Positions 26,735-41,821 are shown, numbered from the stretch's first letter. The stretch: 64,000 nucleotides of DNA from Octopus vulgaris (GCA_951406725.2 OX597837.1:36580001-36644000), one strand, 5' to 3'. Numbers and translations: made by a program. The notes: generated by a model from the sequence alone, not told the origin.

Positions 26735-27305
26735 TGCTTCCCCTTCAAGAAAAGGCTTCATGGTTGGAAAGAGGTGAAAGTCAGATGGTGTGAGGTCAGG
26801 GGAGTAAGGGGGGATGAGAAAAGGCTTCATAGCCACAGGAGCGTGCTTTCATTTGGGTAACATACGCATTGTGAACTGGGATGTTGTCTTGGAAGAGGTG
26901 GACTTCTTTGGTCAGCATGCCACGCCTCTCTGCTTTGATGGTGTCCCGCAATTTTTGCAGCAGAGAAGCATACCATTACCCGTTAATTGTAGAGTGCTTT
27001 GCCAGAAAAATCCATCATCACTACTCCATGCTAGTCCCAAAAGACTGTGAGCATCACCTTTCTTGCTGAGGGTTGGACATGAGCCTTCTTTGTGGGGAGG
27101 TGAGATATCATGCTTCCATTGCTTTGGACTTTAGTCTCAGAATCATAGTGATGACCCATGTTTCATCCTATGTGATAAGTCTGCCGAAAATGTCCTCGTT
27201 TTCTTGGCGCATTGCCAAAACTGAACCTGGAAGCAATTGACTCCTTCCTGCTTCTGTAAAAAGGTGTCAGCATCCGGGAAGTCCATCGTGCAGACAACTT
27301 CCACA
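26733..27305 (-). mobile_element. mariner transposase remnant
   Basis: [24 protein letters not shown] and an upstream DETWV motif on the minus strand. Confidence 0.85.
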
Positions 27306-27308
27306 TAT

Positions 27309-27718
27309 ACTCTTCTACTTGTTTCAGTCATTTGACTGTGGCCATGCTGGAGCACCGCTTTTAGTCGAGCAAATTGACCAAAGGACTTGTTCTTTGTAAG
27401 CCTAGTACTTATTCTATCGGTCTCTTTTTGCCGAACCGTTAAGTTACGGGGACGTAAACACACCAGCATCGGTTGTCAAGCGATGTTGGGGTGGGGGGAC
27501 AAATACAGACACAAATGTATACACACACATGCATATATACAGATATACAGATATACGACGTGCTTCTTTCAGTTTCCGTCTACCAAATCCACTCACAAGG
27601 CTTTGGTCGGCCCGAAGCTATAGTAGAAGACACTTGCCCAAGGTGCCAAGCAGTGGGACTGAACCCGGAACCATGTGGTTGGTAAGCAAGGTCCTTACCA
27701 CACAGCCACTCCTATGCC
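27309..27718 (-). mobile_element. SINE family A
   Basis: Reverse-complement match to family A. Confidence 0.85.
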
Positions 27719-28021
27719 TTTACAATATTTATGAATGAGATTAGGAAGAAAATGGAGAAATTGACATCCAGACATCAGTTTATTCGAGAATATACACTTA
27801 TTTATACACCTACATGTGTGTATATATATGTGTGTGCGTGTATATACGTAATACGTATACGTGCATGTGTATACATGCACTCTATATATCTACATGTGCA
27901 TTTGTACGTGCGTTGCGTGTGTGTCAGTTGATGCATGTGTGCATGTCAGCAATTATATACACATAGTCTGTAAGTCAGAGCATGTGCATGTGTGAGAGAC
28001 AGAGAGATTAAAAGAGAAAAG

Positions 28022-28061
<40 letters not shown>

Positions 28062-28216
28062 GTAAGGGTGTCGGGTGAGAAGTGGATGAGGTTCCTATGT
28101 GATTAGGACCAGAATGAAAGCCGCAGATACATAAGACCTCTGGCGGCAATTGATAAAGAAAAAAGATCTAATTAATTTAGTGTCGAAAAAGAGCGGGGAA
28201 TCACACACACACACGC

Positions 28217-28248
<32 letters not shown>

Positions 28249-29961
28249 TCATTTATTCACGCATGTGTCTATGTGTGCTATACAAGTGTCATACAACAAA
28301 CAGACACACGCAGACATACATACGCTCAACAAACATGCGTACACTCAAAATACGACGTTTCGTACATCCGATTGTTCTCACCGCTGCTTAAGAGATGGGA
28401 CGGGGGGAAGGCGGCCTTCTGCGGTTGTGGCGGTCGAAGATGGAGGTGGCAGCGGCAGCAACAGTGGTGATCGTAGTGGTTGTTTTTGTGGCGGTTGTGG
28501 TGGATTTTGTAGTGGTGGTGGTGGTGGTTTTAAGGGTGATGGTTGTAGTGTTTTTGGTGGTCGTCGTAGAAATGGTGGCGGTGGTTGTTGTTGTTGCGGC
28601 CACTGTGATGATGTCGTTATAATTACTGTTGTAACTGGTGGTGGTGGTGATGGTGATGGTGGTGGTGGTGGTGGTACTACTGCTGCCGCTGCTGTAGCGA
28701 TGCTGGTGATGATGGTGGTGGTGGTGATTGCTACAGAAGTGACAGCGGCTGCGGCAGTGGTGGTGTATAGTGGCGATGTGGATAGTGGTGGTGTTGGTGC
28801 GGATGGTGGTGGTGTTGGTGGGGTTGGTGGTGGTGGTGGTGATAATGGTGATGGTGGTGCTGAGGATGGTGGTGGTGGTGGTGGTGGTGGTGGTGGTGTT
28901 CGTGGTGATGGTGATAGTGGAGGAGGTGGTGGCGGTGGTAGTGGTGGAGGTGGTAGGGGTATTCGTGGTGATGGTGGTAGTGGAGGAGGTTGTAGTGGAG
29001 GTGGTGGTGAATGTGGTGGTGGAGGTGGTAGTCGTCGTCGTAGCCGTCATACTAGAGGTGGCGACGTCAATAATGGTGTGTTGGTAGTGTTGATGGTTGT
29101 AATGGTGACTGCTATTACGGTGACGATGGCTATGGTTGTGGTGGTGATGCTGGTGATGGTGGTGGTGGTGGTTGTGGTTGTGGTTACGGTGCTTTTTTTT
29201 CATTGCTGCTGCCGCTTCTGTTGTTGTTGTTGTTGTTGTTGCTGTTGTTGTTGTTGTTGCTATCGAATGTTCTGGAAAAGCTGGAAAAGATTATTTCATT
29301 AAAACCGTCAACAGATACCATTGTTTGCGCAGATTAGAACCATTCCTGTTCAAACTTCTATTGTAGTCTCTTCATACTACGATGGGGGAGGTGGAGAGGT
29401 GGGGAGGAATTGTAGGTGTGTGTGTGTGTGTTTGTGTATGTGTGCGTGAGTGTATGTACTGTATTCTTGCGGGCGATGTTTCGATGTATGCAGCCTTTTC
29501 TGTGTATTTGTGTGTGTGTTTGTGTGTGTGTATGGTTGTATGTGTATTTGATAGTGTGTGTGTATGTGTGTTTGATAGTGTGTGTGCGTGAGTGTGCTGT
29601 AGTGTGTGTGTGTGTAAGATAACGTGTATGGGTGTGCTGTAGTGCTGTAGTGTGTGAAATGTGTGTGTATGTGTGTGTATGCTGTAACAGGTTTATGTAA
29701 TGTGTGTGTGTGTATGTGTGTATAGTGTTCTTGAAGACGATGGTCGGATGTATATTGCTTTCTGTGTGTGTGTGTGTGTGTGTGTGAGTGAGTGTGTGTG
29801 TGTATAAGTATGTGTATGTGTGTGTGTATTTCTGTGTGTGTGTGAGTGTAAATGTGTATGTGTATTTTTCTCTGTGTGTGTTAGTGTGTGTAAGTGTGTG
29901 TGTGTTAGTGTGTGTAAGTGTGTGTGTGTGTCTGTGTTTCTATGTGTGTGTGTGTGTCTTT

Positions 29962-30012
<51 letters not shown>

Positions 30013-30164
30013 TGTATGTGTGTGTAAGGAATATCTGTATTCTTTAAGGAATGATTGAGCTGGATCATTCCATATTCTCTGATGTTATTTCCTTGGAAGG
30101 AAAACAGTGGAATTAATTAGGGTCCCCCACTTCAAATCCATTGTTTTGACAGCCATTACTTTTC

Positions 30165-31049
30165 TTTTATCATTTCCTTGTTTCAGTCATTAGACTGTGA
30201 CCATGCTGGGGCACCGCGTTGAAGAGAATGAAACTACTCCAAGATGTATTCTATCGGGGTGTTTTGCCGAACCGCTAAGTTACGGGGACGTAAACACGCC
30301 AACACCGATTGTCAAGCGATAGTGGGGGACAAACACAGGCACACAGGTACAACAACACACATACATACATACATACATACATACATACATACATACATAC
30401 ATACATACATACATGCATACATGCATACATACATACATACATACATACATACATACATACATACATACACACACACATACATACACACACATACACACAT
30501 ACACACACACATACATACATACACACATACATACATACACACACACATACATACATACACACATACATACACACACACATACATACACACATACATACAT
30601 ACATACATACACACATACATACATACATACATACATACACACATACATACATACATACATACATACACACATACATACATACATACATACATACATACAT
30701 ACATACATACATACATACACACACATACATGCATACATACATACATACATACATACACACACATACATACATACATACATACATACATACATACATACAT
30801 ACACATACATACATACATACATACATACATACATACATACATACATACATACATACATACATACATACATACATACACACACACACATACATACATACAT
30901 ACATACATACATACACACATACACATACATACATACATACATACATACATACATACATACATACATACATACATACATACATACATACATACATACATAC
31001 ACACACACATACATACATACATACATACATACACACACACATACATACA

Positions 31050-31083
<34 letters not shown>

Positions 31084-31267
31084 CATACATACATACATAT
31101 ATGCGATGCGCTTCTTTTCATTTTCTGTCTGCTAAATCCACTCACAAAGCTTTGCTCGGCCCGAGTCTATAATAAAACATATTTCTCCAAGATGCAATGC
31201 AGAGAGATTGAACCCAGAACCATGTGGTTGGGAAGCTAACGTCTTACCACAGAGCCATGACTGCGCC
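30165..31267 (-). mobile_element. SINE family A with ~740 bp internal (CATA)n expansion
   Basis: Tail at 30165-30350, head at 31105-31267. Confidence 0.75.
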
Positions 31268-31384
31268 TGTACTTGGAAATGATTTACACCGAACTGAACT
31301 GGTTATACATGGTTGTGTCTGCAAATTAATAATTAGGGTCCTCGCAGTACTCCTCTCAAAATATTACAAGTACTAAAAGAGTTT

Positions 31385-31594
31385 TTGACAGAATCGTTAG
31401 GCCGCTGGGCACAATGCTTAGCGGCATTTCGTCCGTCCTTACGTTCTGAGTTCAAACCCCGCCGAGTCTACTTTGCCTTTCATACTTTCAGGGTCGATAA
31501 AATAACTACCAGTTGAGTACTGGGGGTCGATGTAACCGACTGTCACCCTCCGCTAAAATTTCAGTCCTTGTGCCTATAATAGAAAGGATTATTA

Positions 31595-31660
<66 letters not shown>

Positions 31661-32231
31661 TCTCTTTATCTCAGGTTTTGTTGGAACTCCTGGAGTCTTG
31701 CATGAGTAGCACTCTTACTACCTGCAGCCTACAGTACCATGCTATCCGTTCTTTTCAGCTCTGAAATTTGAGGTAGGGGAAAGTCGATTACATTGACCCC
31801 AGCACTCAACTGGTACCTAATTTATCGACCCCGAAAGAATGAAAGGTAAAATCGACCTCGGTTGAATTTGAACTCCGAACTTTAAGACAGATGAAAAGCC
31901 GCTAAGCACGCCGGGAGAAATGCTTAGCGGCATTTCGTCCGTCTTTACGTTCTGAGTTCAAATTCCGCCGAGGTCGACTTTGAATTTCATCTTTTCGGGG
32001 TCGATAAATTAAGTACCAGTGAAACACTGGGGTCGATTTAATCGACTAGTCACCCTCTTCCAAAATTTCAGGCCTTGTGCCTTTAGCAGAAAGGATCATT
32101 ATTAAAACGGTGTGTTGGTAGAATCGGTAGGGCGCCAGAGAAAATGCTCAACGGCGTTTCATCCTTCTTTATATTGAGTTCAAAACCCACCGAAGTCTAC
32201 CTTGCCTTTCATGTTTTCGGGGTCAAAGAAA
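31385..32231. mobile_element. Cluster of family B SINEs in both orientations
   Basis: Plus copies ~31385-31590, 31905-32100, 32107-32230; minus copy ~31760-31910. Confidence 0.8.
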
Positions 32232-32680
32232 TAAGTTAAGTTAGTTAAGTTAAGTTAAGTTAAGTCAAGTTGATTTTTTGGCTCAAAAAGCAAAAAGCAA
32301 GGCCATGTAGGGGGACATGGAGTTATGTACAGGGAGGGTGTTCATGCAAAGAGTTCAGGCCATTTCTGGTCAAGAGAGACTTTGAACCGAGCGGTCGTCG
32401 GTATCTTCACTATCTCGTCCGGCAGCTTATTCCACGGATCCGCAACCCTGACGGAGAAAGCCCCTCTCCTTCGATTGAGATGAAATCGTCGCAGATAGAG
32501 CTTTTCGGAGTGACCCCGCAGCCGACGCTCTGGAGCAGGAGTGAAGAACAGCTCTTTCGAGAGGTTACACTTTCCGCTTATGATGTTGTGAGCAAGAATG
32601 AGATCACCACGGCGTCGTCGTTTTTCCTAGAGAATAAAGGTCGAGCGTCTTCAGCCTTTCTTCATAAGACAAATGCTTGA
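32232..32680 (-). mobile_element. 5'-truncated CR1-clade LINE 3' end, nested in a SINE
   Basis: Minus strand across one frameshift: LSYEERLKTLDLYSL..RRRRGDLILAHNII..RLRGHSEKL..FSVRVADPWNKLP..FKVSLD, then a short UTR and a (TTAAC)n tail. Confidence 0.85.
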
Positions 32681-33786
32681 TACCAAGTACCAATTGAACA
32701 ATGGAGGTCAATGTAATCGACTTCCCCATCGCTAAAAATCTCTAACCCTTTACCAAAATACGAAAAGGATTTTTAAAACGACGTACATACGCAGGGCGAC
32801 CTTTCAGAATTTTGCTAACCATCGTTTTGTATCGCTTCTCAAGGCTGTTAGTTATCTTTCTCTCTCAATTTTTTATTATCATTATTATTATTATTTTTTA
32901 TGATTGGTTAGCGCAAAATGGAATCAAAAGCTTTTCTGATATCGATGGTACTTAAAATGACATTTTTTATGAAAAAAAAATTTTTTTATTTATTTATTCA
33001 TTTATTTGGTGAAACTGCCATCTATTAGCTGCGTTAGGTTCGTTAATTGTGTGCTAGTTGAGTGAGTGTGGGAACCAGAGTCCGTGTTGTGCTTTGAAAG
33101 AGCGGAGGCGTGCTTATGATGATTTTCATGTGAAACATCTGGTTTTATGTAACTTTTATTTCTCGTTCCATTTTTTTGTATTTTCGTTCTTTTTTTTTTA
33201 CGTGTCTTTTTATTTTTATCTATTTTTTTTTTGTTAATATTATTTTGCTGTGCATTGAAGGGTGACTGGTCTGTATGATGTTATCTCGTTTTTGTTTATT
33301 TTTATGTTTGTTTGTGTTGTAGTTTTGTTGTTGTTGTTTTGTGTTTATTCATTTTTCGTTTGGTTTTATTAGAATTGCTTTGGATTTTGCCCAGTTTCCA
33401 GATTCTGAGAATTTTACAACCCGTACAACCGTTCCCCAGGCATTATATATGTGTGTGTGTGTATAGTTGTATGTGTATGCGTGTGTATGTGTATGTGTGT
33501 GTGCGTGTGCATGTGTGTATGTGTGTGTATGTATGCATGCATATATATATGTGTGTATGTGTACGTGTGCGTGTGCGTATGTATATATGTGTGTGTATGT
33601 GCGTGTGTGTGTATGTATGCATATATATATATATATGTATGAATGTGTGCGTGCGTATGCGTGTATGCTTATGTATGCATGCATAGATATATGTATATGC
33701 GTGTGCGTGTGTGTGCATGTGCGTGTATGTATGTGTGTGTATGTGTGTGTATGTATGCATGCATATATACGTGTGTGTCTGTGTAC

Positions 33787-33817
<31 letters not shown>

Positions 33818-33840
33818 CATATATATACATATATATATAC

Positions 33841-33875
<35 letters not shown>

Positions 33876-34157
33876 TCTATTTATATATATATATATACAC
33901 GTGTATATATATATATGTGTAGAGCTACTTTACATCACCACTGTCATACCACAGTCGCTAGTCATAATGTATAGTGTATAATGCATAGTGTATGGTGTTG
34001 CGGTGTTGCGATGTTGCGGTGGAGGTATAGTAATTCTCTGTATCTTGTACAGTGGTCAGCGGTTCTACTGCGAGTTGGTGATGTGTGGCGATGTATTATA
34101 CTGATGGGGTGTCGTTGTCGTTGATGATGGCGAAGGTGGCGGTAATGATGATAATGG

Positions 34158-34735
34158 TGGTGGTGGTGGTGGTGGAATGTTGTGTTGCGGTGCTAGTGTA
34201 CAACGGAGTAATGGTTGTTGTTGTGGTAGTAGTGGTGTGGTGGTTGTTGTAGCAGTTGTATTTCGGTGGTGGTGGTGGTGGTGGTGGTGGTGGTGGTGGT
34301 GGTGGAATGTTGTGTTGCGGTGTTAGTGTACGACAACGGAGTAATGGTTGTTGTTGCGGTAGTAGTGGTGTGTGGTTGTGGTTGTTGTAGTATTAGTATG
34401 GTGGTGGTGGTGGTGGAATGTTGTGTTGCGGTGTTAGTGTACGACAACGGAGTAATGGTTGTTGTTGCGGTAGTAGTGGTGTGGTGGTTGTTGTAGCAGT
34501 AGTATTTCGGTGGTGGTGGTGGTGGTGGAATGTTGTGTTGCGGTGTTAGTGTACGACAACGGAGTAATGGTTGTTGTTGTGGTAGTAGTGGTGTGGTGGT
34601 TGTTGTAGCAGTAGTATTTCGGTGGTGGTGGTGGTGGTGGAATGTTGTGTTGCGGTGTTAGTGTACGACAACGGAGTAATGGTTGTTGTTGCGGTAGTAG
34701 TGGTGTGGTGGTTGTTGTAGCAGTAGTATTTCGGT
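34158..34735. repeat. ~110-120 bp minisatellite, 5 copies
   Basis: Repeated GGAATGTTGTGTTGCGGTGTTAGTGTACGACAACGGAGTAATGG. Confidence 0.85.
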
Positions 34736-35494
34736 GGTGGTGGTGGTGCTGGTGGTGCTGGTAGTGATGCTGGTGGTGCTGGTGGTGGTGCTGGTGGTGG
34801 TGGTAGTGGTGGTGGTGGTGGTGGTGGTGATTATGGCGGTGGTGGGGTAGGATGAGGGTAGGCACTGCTACTGTTCCTGCTGATGCCGATGGTGGTTGTG
34901 AAGGTGGTAACGGTGGTGATGGTGGTAGTTGCCGTGGTGGTGGTGGTGGTGGTGGCGGTGGTGGCGGTGGCGGTGGTGGCGGTGGTGGTGGCGGTGGTGG
35001 TGGCGGTGGTGGTGGCGGCAGTGGTGCGTTATGAATTTACAATATTTCATTTCCACAAAGGAAATGTCCATATTAGTCCAGGGGCGATGTTGGTGGGGTG
35101 GAATGAAGGGTGGATGTCATTAATGGATTTAGGCTGGTTGTATTAATGGCGCAGAGAAGAGTAGCCGGTGGCTGGATGGTGGTGGTGGTATCGGTGGAGA
35201 GGAGGGGGTTATTGGTAGGGCCATGAAGGCAGCGGTGGAGGGGAGAAACGGGTGGAAGCGTAGACAACGGTGATAGTTGTGGCATTGAGGCGGGGGTGTT
35301 AATAGGGGTGGGTGGGTGTGTGGGAGGTTCGTGATCTTGACAACTGTTGGGAGGAGGTGGCGGTGTGAGGAGAGGGTCATAAACGTTGATAATGGGTTGT
35401 CGATGGTAGTTGGTGGTGGTCGTGGTCGTGGTCGTCGTCGTCGTCGTCGTGGAGGTGGTGGTGGTAGTGGTGCTGCTGCTGCTGCTACTGATGA

Positions 35495-35526
<32 letters not shown>

Positions 35527-35642
35527 TTGATGATGGTGGTGGTGGTGGTGGTGGTGGTGGTGGTGGTGGTGGTGGTGGTGGTGGTGGTGGTGGTGGTGAT
35601 GATGGCGATGATGATGATGATTGTGATGATGATGATGATGAC

Positions 35643-35700
<58 letters not shown>

Positions 35701-35959
35701 GTGGTGACCATTTTGGTGCTCTTGCTGCTGGAGCTGCTACTGGTGGTGGTGGTGGTGGTGACAATAATGATAGTGATAGTCACGATGATGATGAGGATGA
35801 TGATGGTGATGATGATGATGATGAACAGAAGATGAAAAGAAGGGGATGGAACTGCAATTAAGTTGATATTGCAGGAAAAATGATGATTTCATTAATGAGA
35901 CGGTCTGACGTAACAACAACAACAACAACAATAATAGTAGTAAAATTATAATAATGATA

Positions 35960-35995
<36 letters not shown>

Positions 35996-36225
35996 GTAGT
36001 AGTGATGATGATGGTGATGACGCTCCCTTATTGGCCTCAAGGGACCATTACAACACGACACAAAACGTGTCCTGTAAAAGGGGTTAGAGCACGTGCGAAG
36101 ATGAACACCAACACATATTACCATATGTTATACACTCACACATATACATACCAATTTACATATATATACATGAATATATCCATATGCATACATATATAAA
36201 CATATATATACGTATATATATATAC

Positions 36226-36338
<113 letters not shown>

Positions 36339-36402
36339 CATACATACATACATATACATACATATATATATATATCCATACATATATATATATACATATA
36401 TT

Positions 36403-36459
<57 letters not shown>

Positions 36460-36894
36460 CACATATATATGATATATGCGTGTATATATATATATACACA
36501 GACATATATATATGTATGCAGGTACATATATATTTATACAGTACACACACATTCGTGCGTGCGTACACGCACACGCACACACATACACACACATACATAT
36601 ACACACACGCGCACACGCGCACATATAAATATGGCCTGAGATGACGAATTATCATCGCTTTATAATCCATGGATATTTTCGGATTAGTGTCCACGTCTTG
36701 TTAAATTTCACGGCATCCAACGAGACAAAGTGTTGGTCTAACGGAAGCGTTGCCGAGGTGTTAAGTAGAGTCATTCATTAATCTAGTGGACGCGAGTTCA
36801 ATCACTAGATCAGTCATCCTGTATATACGTATGTACAATAATATCTCACTTTACGAGGATCCGCTTTACGACATACCCAGAACTACGAGTTTTA

Positions 36895-37040
36895 TTTTTG
36901 AAGTACAAGATCCAAATTCTGAACAAAGGGCAAAAGTTTCTACTACCATAACAAATGTGTCTGTGTGTTACCGAGAGATTTATAGAGAGCGAAAGAAAGC
37001 TTCTTCTAAGCCAACAACTCTAGGCCTGTTTTTTTAAAAG
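36895..37040 (+). pseudogene. Tigger/pogo transposase C-terminal remnant
   Basis: FEVQDPNSEQRAKVSTTITNVSVCYREIYRERKKASSKPTTLGLFF resembles the Tigger1/TIGD1 C-terminus (QDPN..R..KV...CYR.IY.EKK...T.LD.FF). Confidence 0.7.
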
Positions 37041-37208
37041 AAATCTACGAGTCCGTCTACGAGTGCTTGTGAATCGGCGATCGCGTCTGCAAGTAATGGT
37101 GTGCACGAGTCTAGTGCGAGTGAAAGTGATTCAGAAAACGATTATAATATTTATATTTTTTTTATAATAGATTACCTTGACGCTCTTTTTACTTTACATA
37201 AAATGTAT

Positions 37209-38293
37209 TTTTCTACTCTAGGCAAAAGGCCCGAAATTTTGGGGGAGGGGGCCAGTCGATTAGATCGACCCCAGTACGCAAATGGTACTTCATTTATCAA
37301 TCCCGAAAGGATTAAGGACAAAGTCAAACTCAGTGGAATTTGAGCTCAGAACATAAGGACAGACGTAATACCTCTAAGCATTTCGCCCAGCGTGCTAACG
37401 TTTCTGCCATCTCATGCCTTGAATATTCTTTTCAACTCTAGGCACAAGGCCTGAAATTTTGGGTGAGCAAAGCCAGTCGATTAGATCGAGCCCAGTATGC
37501 AACTGGTACTTAATTTAATCGACCCCCAAAAGGATGAAAGGCAAAGTCAACCTCGGCAGAATATTCTTTTCTACTCTAGGCACAAGGCCCGAAATTTTCG
37601 GGGAGCGGGGGGGCCAATCGATTAGATTGAAGACAGTACGCAACTGGTACTTATTTTATTGAAGATAGCCCACAAGGGGCTAAACACAGAGAGGACAAAC
37701 AAGGACAGACAAACGGATTAAGTCGATTATATCGACCCCAGTACGTAACTGGTGCTTAATTTATCGACCCCGAAAGGATGAAAGGCAAAGTCGACCTCGG
37801 CGGAATTTGAACTCAGAACGTAACGGCAGACGAAATACGGCTACGCATTTCACCCGGCGTGCTAACGTTTCTGCCAGCTCGCCGCCTTTAAATATACTTC
37901 TTTAATCTAGGCACAAGGCCCGAATTTTGGAGGGGAGGGGGACATTCGATTATATCGACTCCAATACGCAACTGGTACTTAATTTATCGACCCCGAAAGG
38001 ATGAAAGGCAAAGTCTACCTCAGCGGAATTTGAACTCAGAACGTAACGGCAGACGAAATACCTATTTCTTTACTACCCACAAGGGGCTAAACACAGAGAG
38101 GACAAACAAGGACAGACAAACGGATTAAGTCGATTACATTGACCCCAGTGCATAACTGGTACTTATTTAATCGACCCCGAAAGGATGAAAGGCAAAGTCG
38201 ACCTCAGCGGAATTTAAACTCAGAACATAAAGACAGACGAAATATCGCTAAGCATTTTGTCCAGCGTGCTAACGATTGTGACAGTGCGCCGCC

Positions 38294-38294
<1 letters not shown>
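37209..38294 (-). mobile_element. Tandem array of ~6-7 family B SINE units
   Basis: Repeated ATCGACCCCGAAAGGATGAAAGGCAAAGTCGACCTCGGCGGAATTTGAACTCAG units. Confidence 0.85.
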
Positions 38295-38349
<55 letters not shown>

Positions 38350-39336
38350 GACGACGACGATGATGGTGATGATGATAATAATAATAACAGACAATATGTG
38401 CATCTCTGATCGCGAGTAGAAGTAGTGAAGGAACTTCATAGCCATATGCTGAGATGAATTCTTTGAGGTTTGAATTATTCACCTCTGGAAACATGGGTGT
38501 TTCGTTCATCATCCTTGACCCTTATTCAAGACCCTTTTGAGCGGGATTGGGCAACTCGACCTGAAGAAAATTCTAACTGGGCCCCCACCTGCAAAGACAG
38601 GCGCTGTTTATCTTGATACGAGATCACCATGTCACGCACATATATGGTTGTGATGCATGTGCCTGGTGTGCCCTTATCGGACGGGTAGTCATGATGGGTA
38701 TATCGGGTTTCCGTGTATTTGTACCCCAGTGTTACTTTGATGGCATGCGATGCTCTCTCCACTCAATAATAACAATGATAATAATGGTGATGGTGGTGCT
38801 GGTTCTAGCGATCTTATCGTTATAAAATTTTCAACCGAACGCAGAGCGAATTTGTAAAGCTAGACAGGAAAACAAGAAAAATTACGACTGCACTTACAAT
38901 AAACCATCGAAAATCCGACAGAAGCAGTTATATTTATCACGAATACAGAGAGGTAACGATCTCGTAATTATAAAAATTATTACAGTAAAACATCTTACGA
39001 AAGACTACAAAAATATCCCGGAAGGAATTAAATGGAAACTTATAGAAATAGCTACGAAATATGAAAGAGTGTTTAGTTCATGTTGGCTTCTTTATTTGTG
39101 TGTTTTTTTGTTGTTTTTTTTAAATATGGCTGTCTGGTTAAAAAGCTTGCTTCCCAACCATGCGGTCTTGAGTTCAATCCTACACTGTGGCACCCCGGGT
39201 AAGTATCTGCTACTGTAGCCCCGGGGCTGATTAATACCTCCCTCCCAAAGAATTTTACCGTCGTAGCATTAGTTTTGGCGGTGGAGTGGGTGAAATACTT
39301 GATTAGGTCTAGTTTGGTAAGAACCTGTTCGCCATA

Positions 39337-39757
39337 CTATTTAATCCTTTATTGCCCACAAGGGGCTAAACATAGAGGAGACAAACAAGGACAGAAAAAG
39401 GGACTAAGTCGATTACATCGACCCCAGTGCGTAACTGGTACTTAATTTATCGACCCCGAAAGGATGAAAGGCAAAGTCGACCTCAACAGAATTTGAACTC
39501 AGAACGTAGCAGCAGACGAAATACCTATTTCTTTACTACTCACAAGGAGCTAAACACAGAGGGGACAAACAAGGACAGACAAACGGATTAAGTCGATTAT
39601 ATCGCCCCCAGTGCGTAACTGGTACTTAATTTATCGACCCCGAAAGGATGAAAGGTAAAGTCGACCTCGGCGGAATATGAACTCAGAACGTAACGGCAGA
39701 CGAAATACCGCTCAGCATTTTGCCCGGCGCCCTAACGTTTCTGCCAACTCGCCACCT
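39337..39757 (-). mobile_element. Family B SINE dimer
   Basis: Two head-to-tail units. Confidence 0.85.
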
Positions 39758-39814
39758 TATTATATAGTATGTTCGCCATACTATTCCTTTCGCCACAACC
39801 AGGTCAGTATCACA

Positions 39815-39869
<55 letters not shown>

Positions 39870-40607
39870 CGTACTGTTTCGAGAAAGTCATCATCAGCCA
39901 CAAATCTATATTGCTACCCACGTTTCTGACAGTTATTCTCGTATTCCTTCGTCTACTATATGCTAGGTGGTCAATCAATGGATTAATCCATAGCGTACGA
40001 TCGCCCCCTACCGAATTTTGCGCCATCGAAGACTTAACTTTGTTGGTTACCAAAAAAAGTAACTTGAAAATCACCACGTAGATTCCGCTATGCTAGTTGA
40101 GAAGTTGTTGTGATTTTCTCAAGGCCTGTTGAAACCAGCCACTTTATAGGACTGTTAATCCATTACTTAGCAATTGTAAACCCGTTACATACGCAATCTG
40201 ATGAAAAAGTATTGGATCTGTTGTTATAGTAACGGAGCTAAAGTACGCAAAGTGAAACCGCTCAGTACAAAATTTTTTATGAAGCCACATGGCTTATTGG
40301 TTAGGGTATCTGGCTCATGATTGTAGGGTCATGAGATCGATTCTAGGCGGCGCGTTGTGTCCTTGGGCAAGACATTTTATTTCAAATTGCTCCACTCCAC
40401 TCCACTCAGCTGAGTGGAGTGGAGTAATTGAGTTGTACCAGTAATTCAAAAAGGGCCAGCCTTGTCACATTCTGTGTCACACTGAATCTCCCGAAAGGAT
40501 GAAAGGCAAAGTCGACTTCAGCGGAATTTAAACTCAGAACGTAAAGACAGACGAAATACCGCTAAGCATTTTGTCCAGCGTGCTAACGATTGTGGCAGTG
40601 TGCCGCC

Positions 40608-40642
<35 letters not shown>

Positions 40643-41192
40643 GACGACGATGATGGTGATGATGATAATAATAATAACAGACAATATGTGCATGTCTGGT
40701 CATGACATTACGTATATACGACATTACGTATATACGTCTGCGGAGCACTCAGCCACCGCATGTTAATTTCACGAGCAGACTGTTCCGTTGCTGGGTCTTC
40801 AACCGGAAGGCTCATCGTCGTAACCGACGGAGTACCAGTCATTTACCAGAATCTCATTCTCCTCCTTTCTCTTCCTCCCTCCCCCCTCCTACTTCCATCA
40901 GGCTTTCCTTTTCAGCTCCCCGCCCTTCTCTCCTTTTGCCTTTCTCCTTATATTACCCTTTTGTTTTGTTTGTTGTTGAATATATAATTATTGTTGTTTT
41001 TATGCAAATTTTTGGTTTGTTGTCTGGGACTGGGAAGTTTCTTTGTTTTTGCTTTTTGTTGTGATTTATTGGGTTTTTTTTTTTGTTTCTGTTCTTTTTT
41101 TTTTAATTATGTATTGTATTATTTCTTTGATTATTTGTACATTTGTTTGCTTGTTTGTTTTATTTGTTGGATAATCTAAAGATTTGAGGTTT

Positions 41193-41265
<73 letters not shown>

Positions 41266-41346
41266 GAGAGAGAGAGAAAGCGTGACGGACAGAGTGAGGG
41301 GAAGAGGGAGAATTGATTTATAATATGCTATATACATATATATGTG

Positions 41347-41738
<392 letters not shown>

Positions 41739-41765
41739 CGGACATGTAGACAGACAGACAAGTAG

Positions 41766-41821
<56 letters not shown>

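Noticed and set aside
28265-29302. 345 aa Gly/Val-rich ORF
   Set aside because: Translation of (GGT)n low-complexity DNA, open in several frames, with no domain.
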